From Candidatus Omnitrophica bacterium UBA6215 (GTDB lineage Bacteria > Omnitrophota > Gorgyraeia > Pluralincolimonadales > Pluralincolimonadaceae): a DNA stretch of 64,000 bases. Of the stretch, positions 29,385-39,284 are shown piece by piece (the stretch's first letter is position 1; each line of letters starts with the position of its first letter). Below the pieces are notes generated by a model. It ran no database searches and was not told the origin of the DNA. It saw nothing but the letters and a program-made list of their open reading frames with translations. The stretch covers positions 78,092 to 142,091 of the forward strand of contig DISH01000005.1 of the NCBI GenBank assembly GCA_002421665.1. Direction: 5' to 3'. The position numbers were made by a program, and so were the translations under genes.

Positions 29385-30789
29385 ACTTAAAGCCGGCCTT
29401 TTTCTTTATTTCGTTATACCAGGTCATCGAAGCGTAAAACTGCTTTTGCGCCAGCAGCAATTCCTTGAATTTATCCTTTTCCTCCTGGAATTTCTTTTCG
29501 TCTATCGGTATCAGGGCATCCAGTTTTATCACTGCGTATCCGTCGTGGACCCTGATCACCCGGTTGAATATTTCTCCTTCTTTCATTGAAAGGGCCGCGT
29601 CGGCGAATTCATTGGATATGCCTATGCCCTCAATATACTGGCTGCGCGTAAAAGGCCCGGTCCTTTTTTCGGTGAGCAAAAGCTTCTTGGCCACTCCATC
29701 GAATTTGGCCTTTTCTTTTTTTACCTCGGAGAGGGCCTCTTCAGCCTTAGCCTTAGCCACATCGCCGGCTTTTTCCGCTTTTACCGCGGCGCGGACCCTG
29801 TCTTTCACGTCGACAAATTCAGCGGCTTTCTCCTCGACCTTTTCTTTGACCCTTATGATATAGATCCCTTTGTCCGTTTCAAACGGTTTGCTCAAAGTTC
29901 CCGCATCGAGCGCGAAAGCAGCACCTGCGAATTTCATGTCAAAACCGACCCCCGGGATGTTAGCTTCCTTGCTGAATAAACCCGTCTCTTTTACTTCGAG
30001 GGAGAATTTCTTCGCGACAGAATCCAGATCAGTATTGCCGGCAAGCTCGTAGGAGACATCGAGCATTTCTTTGCGCACTTTTTCCCTGGATTCATCTTTT
30101 GTATCGGGGAAAGTTTTTACTATATATTCGACGTTGACCCGCTCGGGGATTACAAACATATCCGCTTTCTTGTCGAAGAACGCTTTTACCTCTTCGTCTG
30201 TTACGGAGACCTGCCCCAGGTAGTCGGAGCTCTTCGCCAGTATGTAGTCTACTTTAGCTTTTTCGTGCGCCAGCTTGTATTGTTGCAGGACATCTTCATC
30301 CGAGACGGAAACATCCTCGATGTTCTTGTCTATAAGCTTCCTTATTTTTAGATCGTCCCTTACGATATCCTCGAATTGTACCGGCGTAAGCCCGAAGTTA
30401 TATTTGAGTATATCCTCGTAGAGGCGCCTGCTGAAGGCCCCGTTCTTGTCGTTGAAGACGCCCATTGCCTGGACAAAACCTGCTATGTCGCGGTCGCTTA
30501 CCTTTATACCTTCTTTTTTTGCCTCATAGAGCAGTATTATCCTGTCCCAGGTCTGTTCCTGGAGCGAGGCTTCCAGCTGTTCGCTGCGCGGGAGTTCGCC
30601 GTACTTCATTATCATCTGGGTCCTTGTGGCGACGTAGGCGTTTTGGAAATCTCCCATCGATATGTTCTTGCCGAAGACCCTTCCCGCCGGAGGGGCGGTC
30701 TCATGGCTGCTTATAGCATAGAGGCCTATGAAGGCGGCTATAAGGATGTAAAGCGGTATTCTCGCGTTTTCTCTTATTTGTTTGAGCAT
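29362..30789 (-). CDS. Periplasmic peptidyl-prolyl isomerase chaperone (PpiD/SurA-like, parvulin domain)
   Basis: N-terminal membrane anchor, a SurA-N-like region and a parvulin domain (FSKEANIPGVGFDMKFAGAAFALDAGTLSKPFETDKGIYIIRV). Confidence 0.7.
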   Translation of the reverse strand: MLKQIRENARIPLYILIAAFIGLYAISSHETAPPAGRVFGKNISMGDFQNAYVATRTQMIMKYGELPRSEQLEASLQEQTWDRIILLYEAKKEGIKVSDRDIAGFVQAMGVFNDKNGAFSRRLYEDILKYNFGLTPVQFEDIVRDDLKIRKLIDKNIEDVSVSDEDVLQQYKLAHEKAKVDYILAKSSDYLGQVSVTDEEVKAFFDKKADMFVIPERVNVEYIVKTFPDTKDESREKVRKEMLDVSYELAGNTDLDSVAKKFSLEVKETGLFSKEANIPGVGFDMKFAGAAFALDAGTLSKPFETDKGIYIIRVKEKVEEKAAEFVDVKDRVRAAVKAEKAGDVAKAKAEEALSEVKKEKAKFDGVAKKLLLTEKRTGPFTRSQYIEGIGISNEFADAALSMKEGEIFNRVIRVHDGYAVIKLDALIPIDEKKFQEEKDKFKELLLAQKQFYASMTWYNEIKKKAGFKSNLPSRP

Positions 30790-30909
30790 TTTTGGTTCTC
30801 CTTTGAGGAAATTTAATGTATTATAACAAGAAAAGCTTCCGCGGGCAATCCCATTTTGAGGTAAACCTTTTGCCTTTGGAGACGTCTAACATGATAAAAG
30901 GAGGGTCCT

Positions 30910-31302
30910 ATGAAAGGATATATGGCGGTATTGGCTGTTGTGCTTATACTGGTGGTGGCTTTGATAGCGGGAGCAACCGGTTTTACCATAGGCAAGACGC
31001 AAGCCCGCAGGGCGATATTCAGGGAGGCCTGTGAGCGCGGTCCTATGATGTTGCACGGCGGCGATATGATGCCCGATATGCGCAGGGCCGAAAGGTTCCA
31101 CCGCTTCCGCGATTTTGCGAAGAATCGTCCTGAAGACATGAAGGAAATGATGGCCGAGAGGAAAGACCAGATACGCGAACGTCTTACCGACCTCAAGAAG
31201 CGGGACCCGGATAAGTTCCGCGAGGTCATGCAAAGGATGGATATGCTAGAGGACAATATATCTTCTCTGCGCAGGGAGTTGGAAGCCGAACCGGTAAAAT
31301 AA
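30910..31302 (+). CDS. Membrane-anchored periplasmic protein, possible CpxP/Spy-like stress protein
   Basis: TM anchor followed by a charged helical region. Sits upstream of an ECF sigma factor. Weak call. Confidence 0.35.
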   Translation: MKGYMAVLAVVLILVVALIAGATGFTIGKTQARRAIFREACERGPMMLHGGDMMPDMRRAERFHRFRDFAKNRPEDMKEMMAERKDQIRERLTDLKKRDPDKFREVMQRMDMLEDNISSLRRELEAEPVK

Positions 31303-31314
31303 CGGTATAGCCAA

Positions 31315-31887
31315 GTGGATCCGGAACTCAGGCTTATAGAGCGCGCCAGGAACGGCGATCGCGAAGCGTTCAATCTACTTGTAGATCTTTACAGGGAAAG
31401 GGCGTTTTCCGTTGCTTTTGGTTTTACCGGGAACACCGAGGACGCCAAGGACGCCCTTCAGGAAGCTTTCGTCAAGGCGTATATAAGCATCATAAATTTC
31501 AGGGGATCCTCGAGTTTTTACACCTGGTTTTACAGGATACTGGTGAACCAGTGTAAAGACCTTCTCCGCAAGAGAGGGATAATAAAAAGGGTTTTTTCCG
31601 CCCCTCTGCCCGGTCCCTACGGCGAAGAACCTGCCGTAGAGGCGGTTGATACCTCCCGGGGCCCGTTTGACAGGGTCCTTGACCTGGAAACGAAACGTCT
31701 TATTGGTGAAGCTGTCGACAAGTTGCCGGCTAAGCAGAAGTCCGTATTTATATTGAGGCACATAGAGGGGATGAAGATGGATGAGATCGCCCGGGTGGTC
31801 GGATGCAGTGAATCTACCGTAAAAGTCCACCTTTTCAGGGCAGTAAGGGGGTTGAGATGCCGACTGACGAAAAGTTTATCGATCTGA
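31315..31887 (+). CDS. ECF-subfamily RNA polymerase sigma factor (sigma-24 type)
   Basis: Region 2 (FNLLVDLYRERAFSVAFGFTGNTEDAKDALQEAFVKAY) and region 4 ([27 protein letters not shown]). Confidence 0.9.
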   Translation: MDPELRLIERARNGDREAFNLLVDLYRERAFSVAFGFTGNTEDAKDALQEAFVKAYISIINFRGSSSFYTWFYRILVNQCKDLLRKRGIIKRVFSAPLPGPYGEEPAVEAVDTSRGPFDRVLDLETKRLIGEAVDKLPAKQKSVFILRHIEGMKMDEIARVVGCSESTVKVHLFRAVRGLRCRLTKSLSI

Positions 31888-32231
31888 TATCGAAGGCCAG
31901 GAAGGCGCCCGTGATGTCCAAGGGTTTTTGGGCGAAATTTGACGCGGAGCTTGGCGCTAAACTTAATGCCGCGGAAAAGAAAAGGATTTCCCTGCCTTTG
32001 GCGGTATTTGAAGCCGTCGAAGATATGGCCGCCGTCTTAAGGAATGTCGAATTCAAGCGTGCCCTGGCTACTGCTTCCGTTGCGGTCACGGTCATCGGTT
32101 TTAGCATCATATTCTCCATGAGGGGAGGTCCGGGGCTCTATTCGGTCTCATCGCTTACCAACGACGAGCTTATCGATGAGATAGTCATTCTGGGTACCTG
32201 CGGTTCCGGCGAAAATATGATTGACTTTTAG
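31857..32231 (+). CDS. Putative anti-sigma factor (single TM)
   Basis: Overlaps the 3' end of the sigma gene. 124 aa with one TM segment ([18 protein letters not shown]). Confidence 0.45.
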   Translation: MPTDEKFIDLISKARKAPVMSKGFWAKFDAELGAKLNAAEKKRISLPLAVFEAVEDMAAVLRNVEFKRALATASVAVTVIGFSIIFSMRGGPGLYSVSSLTNDELIDEIVILGTCGSGENMIDF

Positions 32232-32256
32232 CCCCTTTGAATATAAAATAGGGGCC

Positions 32257-33132
32257 ATGTCAAAGCTAAAGATAGGACTACCAAAGGGTAGCCTGCAAGA
32301 GGCTACCTTTAAGCTGTTTAAAAAGGCCGGGTTTTCCTTGTCCGGCTCGGAAAGATCCTACTTTCCTTCCGTAGACGATAAGGAGCTTGAACCTGTACTG
32401 CTCAGGGCCCAGGAGATGTCCCGTTACGTGGAGCAGGGGATACTCGATTGCGGTATAACCGGCAACGACTGGGTGCTGGAGAACGGTTCCAATGTCGTCC
32501 GCGTAGACGAGCTTACCTACGCAAAACAAAGCCTAAACCCCGTGCGGTGGGTCTTGGCGGTCCCCGAGAGTTCGGGTATCCGCAGTATAAAGGACCTTAA
32601 CGGCAAGAGGGTAGCCACGGAACTGGTAAATTTCACTAAAACATATCTTAAGAAGAAGAATATAAAGGCAGATGTTGAGTTCTCATGGGGCGCTACCGAG
32701 GCCAAGGTCTATTCGGGCCTGGTAGATGCCATAGTGGAGCTGACGGAGACCGGTTCTTCGCTCAAGGCCCATAACCTTAAGATCGTCGAGACCCTTTGTA
32801 CTTCCACCACGCAGCTTATTGCCAACAAGAAGTCCTGGAAAGACAGTTGGAAGAAGTGCAAGATAGAACAGATAGCGCTGCTGTTGAAAGGTGCTATAGC
32901 CGCGGAAGAAAAAGTCGGGCTGAAGATGAACGTTTCCGAGAACGACCTGGACAAGGTCCTCAAGACGTTACCGGCCATGCGCAGGCCGACCATATCGCAC
33001 CTGAGCGTAAAAGGATGGGTTGCCGTTGAGACGATCATCGACGAGAAACAGGTCCGCGAGCTCATACCTAAATTGAGATCAGCCGGTGCGGAAGGTATAA
33101 TAGAATATCCGCTTAACAAGGTAATATACTAA
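32257..33132 (+). CDS. hisG: ATP phosphoribosyltransferase (long form)
   Basis: [23 protein letters not shown]...[12 protein letters not shown] and a C-terminal regulatory domain. Start taken at the ATG at 32257 (MSKLKIG); the track starts at TTG 32221. Confidence 0.8.
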   Translation: MSKLKIGLPKGSLQEATFKLFKKAGFSLSGSERSYFPSVDDKELEPVLLRAQEMSRYVEQGILDCGITGNDWVLENGSNVVRVDELTYAKQSLNPVRWVLAVPESSGIRSIKDLNGKRVATELVNFTKTYLKKKNIKADVEFSWGATEAKVYSGLVDAIVELTETGSSLKAHNLKIVETLCTSTTQLIANKKSWKDSWKKCKIEQIALLLKGAIAAEEKVGLKMNVSENDLDKVLKTLPAMRRPTISHLSVKGWVAVETIIDEKQVRELIPKLRSAGAEGIIEYPLNKVIY

Positions 33133-33149
33133 AGGAGGGGAGTCGCAAG

Positions 33150-33239
33150 ATGCCGTGCGGTAAGAAGCGTAAAAGAAGAAAGATACGTACGCACAAGAGA
33201 AAGAAGAGACTCCGCAGGGACAGGCACAAGAAGAAGTAG
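33150..33239 (+). CDS. 29-aa hyperbasic peptide MPCGKKRKRRKIRTHKRKKRLRRDRHKKK (possible ribosomal protein bS22-like)
   Basis: Consensus SD AAGGAGG lies 8 nt upstream of the ATG. The composition and the HKRKKRLRR core resemble bS22 of mycobacteria and Bacteroidetes. Below the ORF-track size cutoff. Confidence 0.4.
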   Translation: MPCGKKRKRRKIRTHKRKKRLRRDRHKKK

Positions 33240-33248
33240 CAGCTTCCT

Positions 33249-34757
33249 GTGAACCTGACTTCTTATCACGTGAAAAGGTATTTGGTCTTATCTGTGATAG
33301 GGGTGGCCCTTTTTGTCATGATAAAAGGGTCACCTCTATATTCCAAGTCCACCGAAGGGAACTCCGCCACTAAGGCGTATGCCCATTTCCTTATGGGTAC
33401 CGTTCTCGATGGAGAGGGGAAATTTGACGCTGCCCTGGATGAGTACAAGCTTGCCCTTAAGCTTGATCCGGCGTCCTCTACGACAAACACGAGGATAGCC
33501 CTTGACTACATAAGGATCAATGATACGGCCGCGGCCTCCAGGTATCTCGATACGGCCATAGCCATAGATCCCGACGACACCAAGGCGCGTTTCATACTCG
33601 CCCTTCTTTATACTATAAACAAGGAATCCGACAAGGCCGCGGCCCAGTACGAAGAGATAGTAAAAAGGGACCCGCATGACATAAAGGCCCTCGCTTCCCT
33701 GGCTGATCTTTATGTGATACAGCAAAAGATAGAAGAGGCCGCCAGGATCTATGAGGACATCCTCAAAGAGGGCACGGATACGAGCCTTATCCATTTTACG
33801 TTAGGGATCTTTTACAGCAAGCTCGAGAAATACGACCAGGCCCTCGAACATTTCAACGAGGCCCTTAAGCTTGACCCTGATTATACCGAGGCACGCTTGA
33901 GCAGGGCCATACTCTATGAGCTAAGGGGTGATTATTCAAAGGCGATAGAGGATTACAAGAAGATCCTCGATTCCGAACCGCTTAACATTAAGATATACAA
34001 GTTGCTTGCTCATGCCTATTACAGGGACAAAAAGCCCGGCGAGGCGATAAAGACCTTCAAGCTTGTTATAGACCTTGAACCGGACAAGGCGGACGGTTAT
34101 CTTGACCTGGCTTATCTGTACCTTGACGACAAAAAGCCCGACGAGGCGATAAAAGTCCTCGATAAGGCGGCGATATTGAAAGACGTAAAAGATATAAGCG
34201 TGATATATATTGTCAAGGGAATGGCGTATTCGCAGAAGAAGATGAAAGAACAGGCCCTTGATTCCTATAAGAGGGCAGTCGAGTTATCCCCAAAAGACGC
34301 GGAAGGGTATTTTTACCTGGGCGCGGCCTACGAACGCCAGGGGGAGCGCAAGCTTTCGGAAGAGAACCTTAGGAAGGCCATAGAACTTAACCCGAAGCAT
34401 GCCGATGCACTTAATTACCTTGGGTATATGTATGCCGAGGACGGCGTTAAGCTTGACGAGGCTATAGTACTTATAAAACGCGCCTTGGATATAAGTCCGA
34501 ACAACGGGGCTTATATAGACAGCCTGGGATGGGCCTATTACCGTAAGGGCATGATCGATGAGGCGGAAATAGAGCTCAAGAAGGCCATAGAGATCTACGG
34601 GAAAGACCCGGTGCTATACGACCATATGGGGGATGTGTATTACAAGAAGGGCTTGACGGACAAGGCGAAAGAATTCTGGAAGAAATCCCTGGAGATTGAC
34701 CCCGACCAGAAAGGGATAAAAGAGAAGCTCGAAAAAGCCGAAAGAACAGACAAATAG
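33249..34757 (+). CDS. TPR repeat protein (membrane-anchored or secreted)
   Basis: N-terminal hydrophobic anchor followed by at least 10 tandem TPR motifs (e.g. AYAHFLMGTVLDGEGKFDAALDEYKLALKLDP). Confidence 0.8.
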   Translation: MNLTSYHVKRYLVLSVIGVALFVMIKGSPLYSKSTEGNSATKAYAHFLMGTVLDGEGKFDAALDEYKLALKLDPASSTTNTRIALDYIRINDTAAASRYLDTAIAIDPDDTKARFILALLYTINKESDKAAAQYEEIVKRDPHDIKALASLADLYVIQQKIEEAARIYEDILKEGTDTSLIHFTLGIFYSKLEKYDQALEHFNEALKLDPDYTEARLSRAILYELRGDYSKAIEDYKKILDSEPLNIKIYKLLAHAYYRDKKPGEAIKTFKLVIDLEPDKADGYLDLAYLYLDDKKPDEAIKVLDKAAILKDVKDISVIYIVKGMAYSQKKMKEQALDSYKRAVELSPKDAEGYFYLGAAYERQGERKLSEENLRKAIELNPKHADALNYLGYMYAEDGVKLDEAIVLIKRALDISPNNGAYIDSLGWAYYRKGMIDEAEIELKKAIEIYGKDPVLYDHMGDVYYKKGLTDKAKEFWKKSLEIDPDQKGIKEKLEKAERTDK

Positions 34758-35585
34758 ATGAACAGACCCAATGTAGACCAGCTTAAGGATATCGCGAAAG
34801 AGATAAGGAAGGATGTGCTGACGATGCTTTCGGAAGCGGGTTCCGGGCACACATCCGGATCGCTGTCATGCATCGAGATCGTAGTAGCGCTCTATTACTA
34901 TAAACTGCAGAACGACCCCAAGAACCCTAAGTGGGCCGAGAGAGACAGGTTCATACTCTCGAAAGGGCATACTTGCCCGACCCTTTACGCGGTCCTGGCG
35001 CGCAGGGGATTTTTCCCGTGCGAAGCCCTTATGACGCTCAGGAAACGCGGTTCGATATTGCAGGGACACGCCAGCTTATGCACGCCCGGTTGCGAGGCAT
35101 CTACCGGTTCCCTCGGGCAGGGCCTTTCTATATCCAATGGCGTAGCGCTTGCCGGACGCCTGGATTTCAAGGATTACAGGGTATATTGCCTTATGGGAGA
35201 CGGGGAACAGGATGAAGGCCAGGTCTGGGAGGCGGCGATGACCTCGGCCCATTACAAGATAGATAATCTTTGCGCCATAGTTGATTATAACAAGCAGCAG
35301 ATAGACGGATGGCTTAGTGACGTAAAGAATATAGAGCCGCTGAAAGACAAGTGGGCGGCTTTCGGCTGGCATGTCCTTGAGGTTGACGGACATGATTTCA
35401 AGCAGCTTATGGATGCTTTTGACAAGGCCGAGATGGTCAAGGGCAAACCAACGGTGATAATAGCCCATACCGTAAAAGGAAAAGGCGTATCATATGTCGA
35501 GAAGAACTCGGTAGGTTTCCACGGCACCACACCCAAGAAGGCAGATCTTGAAAAGGCCTTAAAAGAAATAGAAGAGGGTCTATAA
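34758..35585 (+). CDS. Transketolase, N-terminal (TPP-binding) subunit of split enzyme
   Basis: GSGHTSGSLSCIEIVVALYY and the GDGEQDEGQVWEA TPP motif. Confidence 0.9.
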   Translation: MNRPNVDQLKDIAKEIRKDVLTMLSEAGSGHTSGSLSCIEIVVALYYYKLQNDPKNPKWAERDRFILSKGHTCPTLYAVLARRGFFPCEALMTLRKRGSILQGHASLCTPGCEASTGSLGQGLSISNGVALAGRLDFKDYRVYCLMGDGEQDEGQVWEAAMTSAHYKIDNLCAIVDYNKQQIDGWLSDVKNIEPLKDKWAAFGWHVLEVDGHDFKQLMDAFDKAEMVKGKPTVIIAHTVKGKGVSYVEKNSVGFHGTTPKKADLEKALKEIEEGL

Positions 35586-35589
35586 ATAT

Positions 35590-36531
35590 ATGGCAGACTT
35601 AAAACCAACCCGTGACGGTTTCGGAGAAGCTCTGGTGGAACTCGGAAAGACCAACGAGGAAGTTGTCGTACTTTCGGCCGACCTTACCTCCTCCGTAAGG
35701 GCCAACTGGTTCAGGGAGAAGTACCCCGAAAGGTTCTTTGATTTCGGCGTTGCCGAGCAGGATATGATGTCGACCGCGGCGGGTTTTGCCCTCTGCGGCA
35801 AAATACCTTTTGCGACGACGTTCGGTATATTCGCCTCGGGCAGGGCATGGGACCAGATAAGGCTGTCAATTTGCTACATGAACCTTAACGTCAAGGTAGT
35901 GGGAAGCCACGGCGGTATCTCGGTAGGCCCCGATGGTGCTTCGCACCAGGCCCTTGAGGAGATAACGCTGATGCGCGTGCTGCCTAACATGACAGTTATC
36001 GTTCCGTGCGATTCCGAAGAAGCCAGGGTGGCTACCATAGCGGCTGTTTCCCATAAAGGGCCGGTATACTTAAGGCTGGGGCGTGAGCCTTTCCCCATAA
36101 TAACTAATTATAAAGGCGATTACAGGATCGGCAAGGCCGTTACGATGGCGGACGGCTCGGACCTGACCATAATAAGCACCGGCATAATGGTCCAGGAGGC
36201 TATGAAGGCCTGCGAAGAACTTAAGAAGCAGGGCATATCGGCCAGGGTCATCAACCTTCATACGGTAAAACCCATAGATAAGGATGTTATTGTAAAAGCC
36301 GCTAAAGAGACGGGCGCCATAGTTACTGCCGAGGAACATACTGTAGTAGGCGGAATGGGAAGCGCGGTAGCTGAAGTGCTTGCCGAGAATTTTCCTGTCC
36401 CCGTAAAGATGGTGGGAATGAAAGACCGTTTCGGTGAATCCGGAGAAGCCAGGGACCTTATGAAGTATTTTGGTCTTACTTCCGAAGGTATAAATGCGGC
36501 TGCCCTGGAAGTCCTGAAGTTGAAAAAATAA
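35590..36531 (+). CDS. Transketolase, C-terminal (pyrimidine-binding) subunit
   Basis: FFDFGVAEQDMMSTAAGFALCGKIPF and the C-terminal transketolase domain. Confidence 0.9.
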   Translation: MADLKPTRDGFGEALVELGKTNEEVVVLSADLTSSVRANWFREKYPERFFDFGVAEQDMMSTAAGFALCGKIPFATTFGIFASGRAWDQIRLSICYMNLNVKVVGSHGGISVGPDGASHQALEEITLMRVLPNMTVIVPCDSEEARVATIAAVSHKGPVYLRLGREPFPIITNYKGDYRIGKAVTMADGSDLTIISTGIMVQEAMKACEELKKQGISARVINLHTVKPIDKDVIVKAAKETGAIVTAEEHTVVGGMGSAVAEVLAENFPVPVKMVGMKDRFGESGEARDLMKYFGLTSEGINAAALEVLKLKK

Positions 36532-37394
36532 TGCCTGAAGTCATCCTGAAATCTCCCGCGAAGATCAACCTTTACCTGAAGGTGCTCGGCAAGAGGCCTG
36601 ACGGCTACCATGACATAGAGACCGTATTCGAACGTATAGACCTTTGCGATGAATTGTCGTTTAAGGCCATAACCGATGAAATTGTGATCAAGTGCGATAA
36701 CCCCCAAGTCCCTTGTGACCGCCGCAATCTGGTATACAAGGCTGCCCAGATGCTTAAAGAAAGGTACGCGATACCTTCCCTCGGGGTCGAGATAAACCTT
36801 AAAAAGAATATTCCTGTGGCCGCAGGCCTGGGGGGGGCGAGTTCAAATTGCGCCTATGCCCTGCGCGGTTTGAGCCAGTTATGGGGGTTGAAGGTCAGCA
36901 GGGAAGAGCTTTTTGAAATAGGCAGCGCCATAGGCGCCGACGTGGCTTTTTTCCTCATGGATGCCGGCCGGGCCGTAGGCAAAGGAAGAGGCGAAGTCCT
37001 GGAGGCGGCGCCCCAGGGTAATGGTTTCTGGTACCTTCTTGTCAATCCGGGTTTCCCGGTCTTTGCAAAAGACGCCTACCAGGGCCTAAATTTGGGCTTG
37101 ACACCCACCCCGGCCCATAGTACAATTGACCCTGCCTGCCTTAAGGACATCAAATTTGATGCGCTTAAGGGATTTGTCTTTAATAGTTTAGAAGACCCGG
37201 TAGTTCGCTTGCATAGTGCCATCTCCGAGATCAAATCTGAAATAATCAGATCCGGGCTTAAAGTTGTTATGATGAGCGGAAGCGGGCCCACTGTTTTTGG
37301 CGCAGCTTCGAGCAGAGAGGAAGCGCTCGACGCCAAAAATAAGCTCGTTCTTAGAGAAGGCTGGCAGGCTTTTATCGCGACAACATTGTGGTAA
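36531..37394 (+). CDS. ispE: 4-diphosphocytidyl-2-C-methyl-D-erythritol kinase
   Basis: [25 protein letters not shown] and the GHMP kinase motif [12 protein letters not shown]. Confidence 0.9.
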   Translation: MPEVILKSPAKINLYLKVLGKRPDGYHDIETVFERIDLCDELSFKAITDEIVIKCDNPQVPCDRRNLVYKAAQMLKERYAIPSLGVEINLKKNIPVAAGLGGASSNCAYALRGLSQLWGLKVSREELFEIGSAIGADVAFFLMDAGRAVGKGRGEVLEAAPQGNGFWYLLVNPGFPVFAKDAYQGLNLGLTPTPAHSTIDPACLKDIKFDALKGFVFNSLEDPVVRLHSAISEIKSEIIRSGLKVVMMSGSGPTVFGAASSREEALDAKNKLVLREGWQAFIATTLW

Positions 37395-37437
37395 TAAGCC
37401 GGCCGCTTTTCGTCTATGCATAAAAGGAGCGGTTGAG

Positions 37438-37872
37438 ATGGTTATCACAGAAGTAAGGGTCTTTCTTAAGGAGGGCCAGGACAAGAAGTTAAAGGCTTAT
37501 GCTACCGTGACTTTCGACAACTGTTTTGTCGTCAGAAATATAAAGGTAATAGAAGGGCAGAAGGGGCTTTTTGTGGCGATGCCTTCAAGGAAGATGAAGG
37601 AGGCGTGCCCGAAATGCAGGTTCAAGAACGTAGTAAGATCAAAATATTGCAATAATTGCGGGAACAGCCTCGACGGTATTGTACGCCCGGCCGCTAAATC
37701 GCCGGAAGAAGAAGCTTCCGCACGCCAGTCGGAACATAAAGATATAGCCCATCCAATAACTCTCGAATTCAGGGAGCTTATCCAGAAGAAGGTCCTGGAC
37801 GCTTTCGAAGTAGAGAAGAAAAAGGGCCTTTCCCCCGTCAGAGGGGGAGATTACGCAGAAGAAGAGGACTAG
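37438..37872 (+). CDS. spoVG: SpoVG-family protein with C-terminal zinc-ribbon extension
   Basis: [52 protein letters not shown] is the SpoVG core, followed by [22 protein letters not shown] and an acidic tail. SD AAGGAG lies before the ATG at 37438; the track ORF has an unsupported N-terminal extension. Confidence 0.8.
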   Translation: MVITEVRVFLKEGQDKKLKAYATVTFDNCFVVRNIKVIEGQKGLFVAMPSRKMKEACPKCRFKNVVRSKYCNNCGNSLDGIVRPAAKSPEEEASARQSEHKDIAHPITLEFRELIQKKVLDAFEVEKKKGLSPVRGGDYAEEED

Positions 37873-37883
37873 CCCTCACGGGC

Positions 37884-37936
37884 AGGCCTTCCCTTTCCAC
37901 TAAAGGAAGGGCCTAATCCAAAGGTTTATTTTCTTC
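37884..37936 (+). terminator. Putative intrinsic terminator after spoVG
   Basis: AGGCCTTCC ... GGAAGGGCCT forms an imperfect stem, followed by the T-rich tract TTTATTTTCTTC. Confidence 0.4.
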
Positions 37937-38010
37937 TGCCCGGTAGTGTAAAGGTAGCACACGAGAATTTGGATCTCGGCGTTGAGGTTCGAATCCTCAC
38001 CGGGCAACCA
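37937..38010 (+). tRNA. tRNA-Gln (anticodon UUG)
   Basis: 74-nt cloverleaf. Acceptor stem TGCCCGG/CCGGGCA with the U1-A72 pair typical of bacterial tRNA-Gln. D-stem GTGT/GCAC. Anticodon stem CGAGA/TCTCG with loop ATTTGGA. T-arm GAGG-TTCGAAT-CCTC. Discriminator A followed by CCA. Confidence 0.85.
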
Positions 38011-38026
38011 GTGCGAGAAAATTAAT

Positions 38027-39268
38027 ATGGCAGAGAGATGCTCGTTTTGCGGGAAATCCCGCGAAAAAGTCAAAAAGCTTTTTTCGGGCCAAGGCGCTTA
38101 TATTTGTGAGAGTTGCGTCAGGCTTTGCAGCCAGATACTGTCCAGCGACGAGGAAGAAGAGCTTAAGCTAAAACGCGAGAACAAGGTCAAGGAACTCCTC
38201 AAACCTGCCGAGATCAAGCGTCAGCTCGACCAGTATATCATAGGCCAGGAGCGCGCCAAGCGCCAGCTTTCCGTGGCCGTTTATAACCACTACAAAAGGA
38301 TAGTAACGCAGATACAGAACCGTGACGTAGAGTTCGAGAAATCGAACGTTCTGCTCATCGGGCCTACGGGTTCCGGAAAAACCCTCCTCGCGAGGACCCT
38401 CGCCAGGGTCCTGGATGTACCTTTTGCGCTTTGTGATGCGACCCCACTTACCGAAGCCGGATATGTAGGCGAAGACGTCGAGAACGTATTGTTGCGCCTG
38501 TTGCAGGCGTGCAATTACGATGTCAAGCGCGCCCAGTACGGCATAATTTATATCGATGAGATAGACAAGATAGGCAAGACCCAGGACAACGTATCGGTGA
38601 CCAGGGATGTTTCCGGTGAAGGCGTACAGCAGGCCCTCTTGAAGATATTGGAAGGTACCATAGCAAACGTGCCTCCGCAGGGTGGCAGGAAACACCCGCA
38701 GCAGGAGTATATACAGATAGACACATCAAATGTCCTTTTTATCTGCGGAGGGACTTTCTCGGCCCTGGACAAGATAATAGAGCGCCGCGCAGGAAGGAAG
38801 ACGATAGGTTTCAGCGCCCAGGAAGAGAAAGCCAGGAAGCTCGGCGATGTGCTTTCTCAGGTAGAACCCGAAGACCTCTTGAAATTCGGCATGATACCGG
38901 AGTTCGTGGGAAGGTTCCCGGTGATCGCAACCCTTAATGCGCTTGACGAAAAAGACCTTATGGAGGTCCTGGTACGCCCGAAGAACTCGCTTATTAAACA
39001 GTATACAAAATTTTTTGAGATGGAGAACGTGAAACTCTCGTTTCCCGACGAAACCCTCGCGGCCATAGCCAAAAAAGCGATGCATAAAGGCACAGGCGCC
39101 CGCGCGTTACGTTCCATACTTGAAGAAGTAATGTTCGAGGTAATGTACGATATCCCGTCCCAGAACGAAATAGCGGAATGTGTCATTACCCCCGAATGTA
39201 TCACGCGCGGAGTAAAGCCAATACTTATAGCGCGCAACGAAGATAAAGATAAACGTAAAATAGCATAA
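38027..39268 (+). CDS. clpX: ATP-dependent Clp protease ATP-binding subunit ClpX
   Basis: N-terminal Zn-finger CSFCGKS...CESC, Walker [12 protein letters not shown] and sensor motifs. Start at [10 protein letters not shown] (38027); the track start at 37982 overlaps the tRNA. Confidence 0.95.
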   Translation: MAERCSFCGKSREKVKKLFSGQGAYICESCVRLCSQILSSDEEEELKLKRENKVKELLKPAEIKRQLDQYIIGQERAKRQLSVAVYNHYKRIVTQIQNRDVEFEKSNVLLIGPTGSGKTLLARTLARVLDVPFALCDATPLTEAGYVGEDVENVLLRLLQACNYDVKRAQYGIIYIDEIDKIGKTQDNVSVTRDVSGEGVQQALLKILEGTIANVPPQGGRKHPQQEYIQIDTSNVLFICGGTFSALDKIIERRAGRKTIGFSAQEEKARKLGDVLSQVEPEDLLKFGMIPEFVGRFPVIATLNALDEKDLMEVLVRPKNSLIKQYTKFFEMENVKLSFPDETLAAIAKKAMHKGTGARALRSILEEVMFEVMYDIPSQNEIAECVITPECITRGVKPILIARNEDKDKRKIA

Positions 39269-39284
39269 AAGAGCCAGGTCGGAA

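Noticed and set aside
37297-37437. ORF-track N-terminal extension of spoVG (47 extra residues)
   Set aside because: The extension overlaps the 3' end of ispE, lacks homology, and an AAGGAG SD directly precedes the internal ATG at 37438 where the SpoVG core begins.
37982-38026. ORF-track N-terminal extension of clpX ([15 protein letters not shown]...)
   Set aside because: It overlaps the 3' half of the tRNA-Gln gene. The conserved ClpX N-terminus begins at [10 protein letters not shown] (38027).
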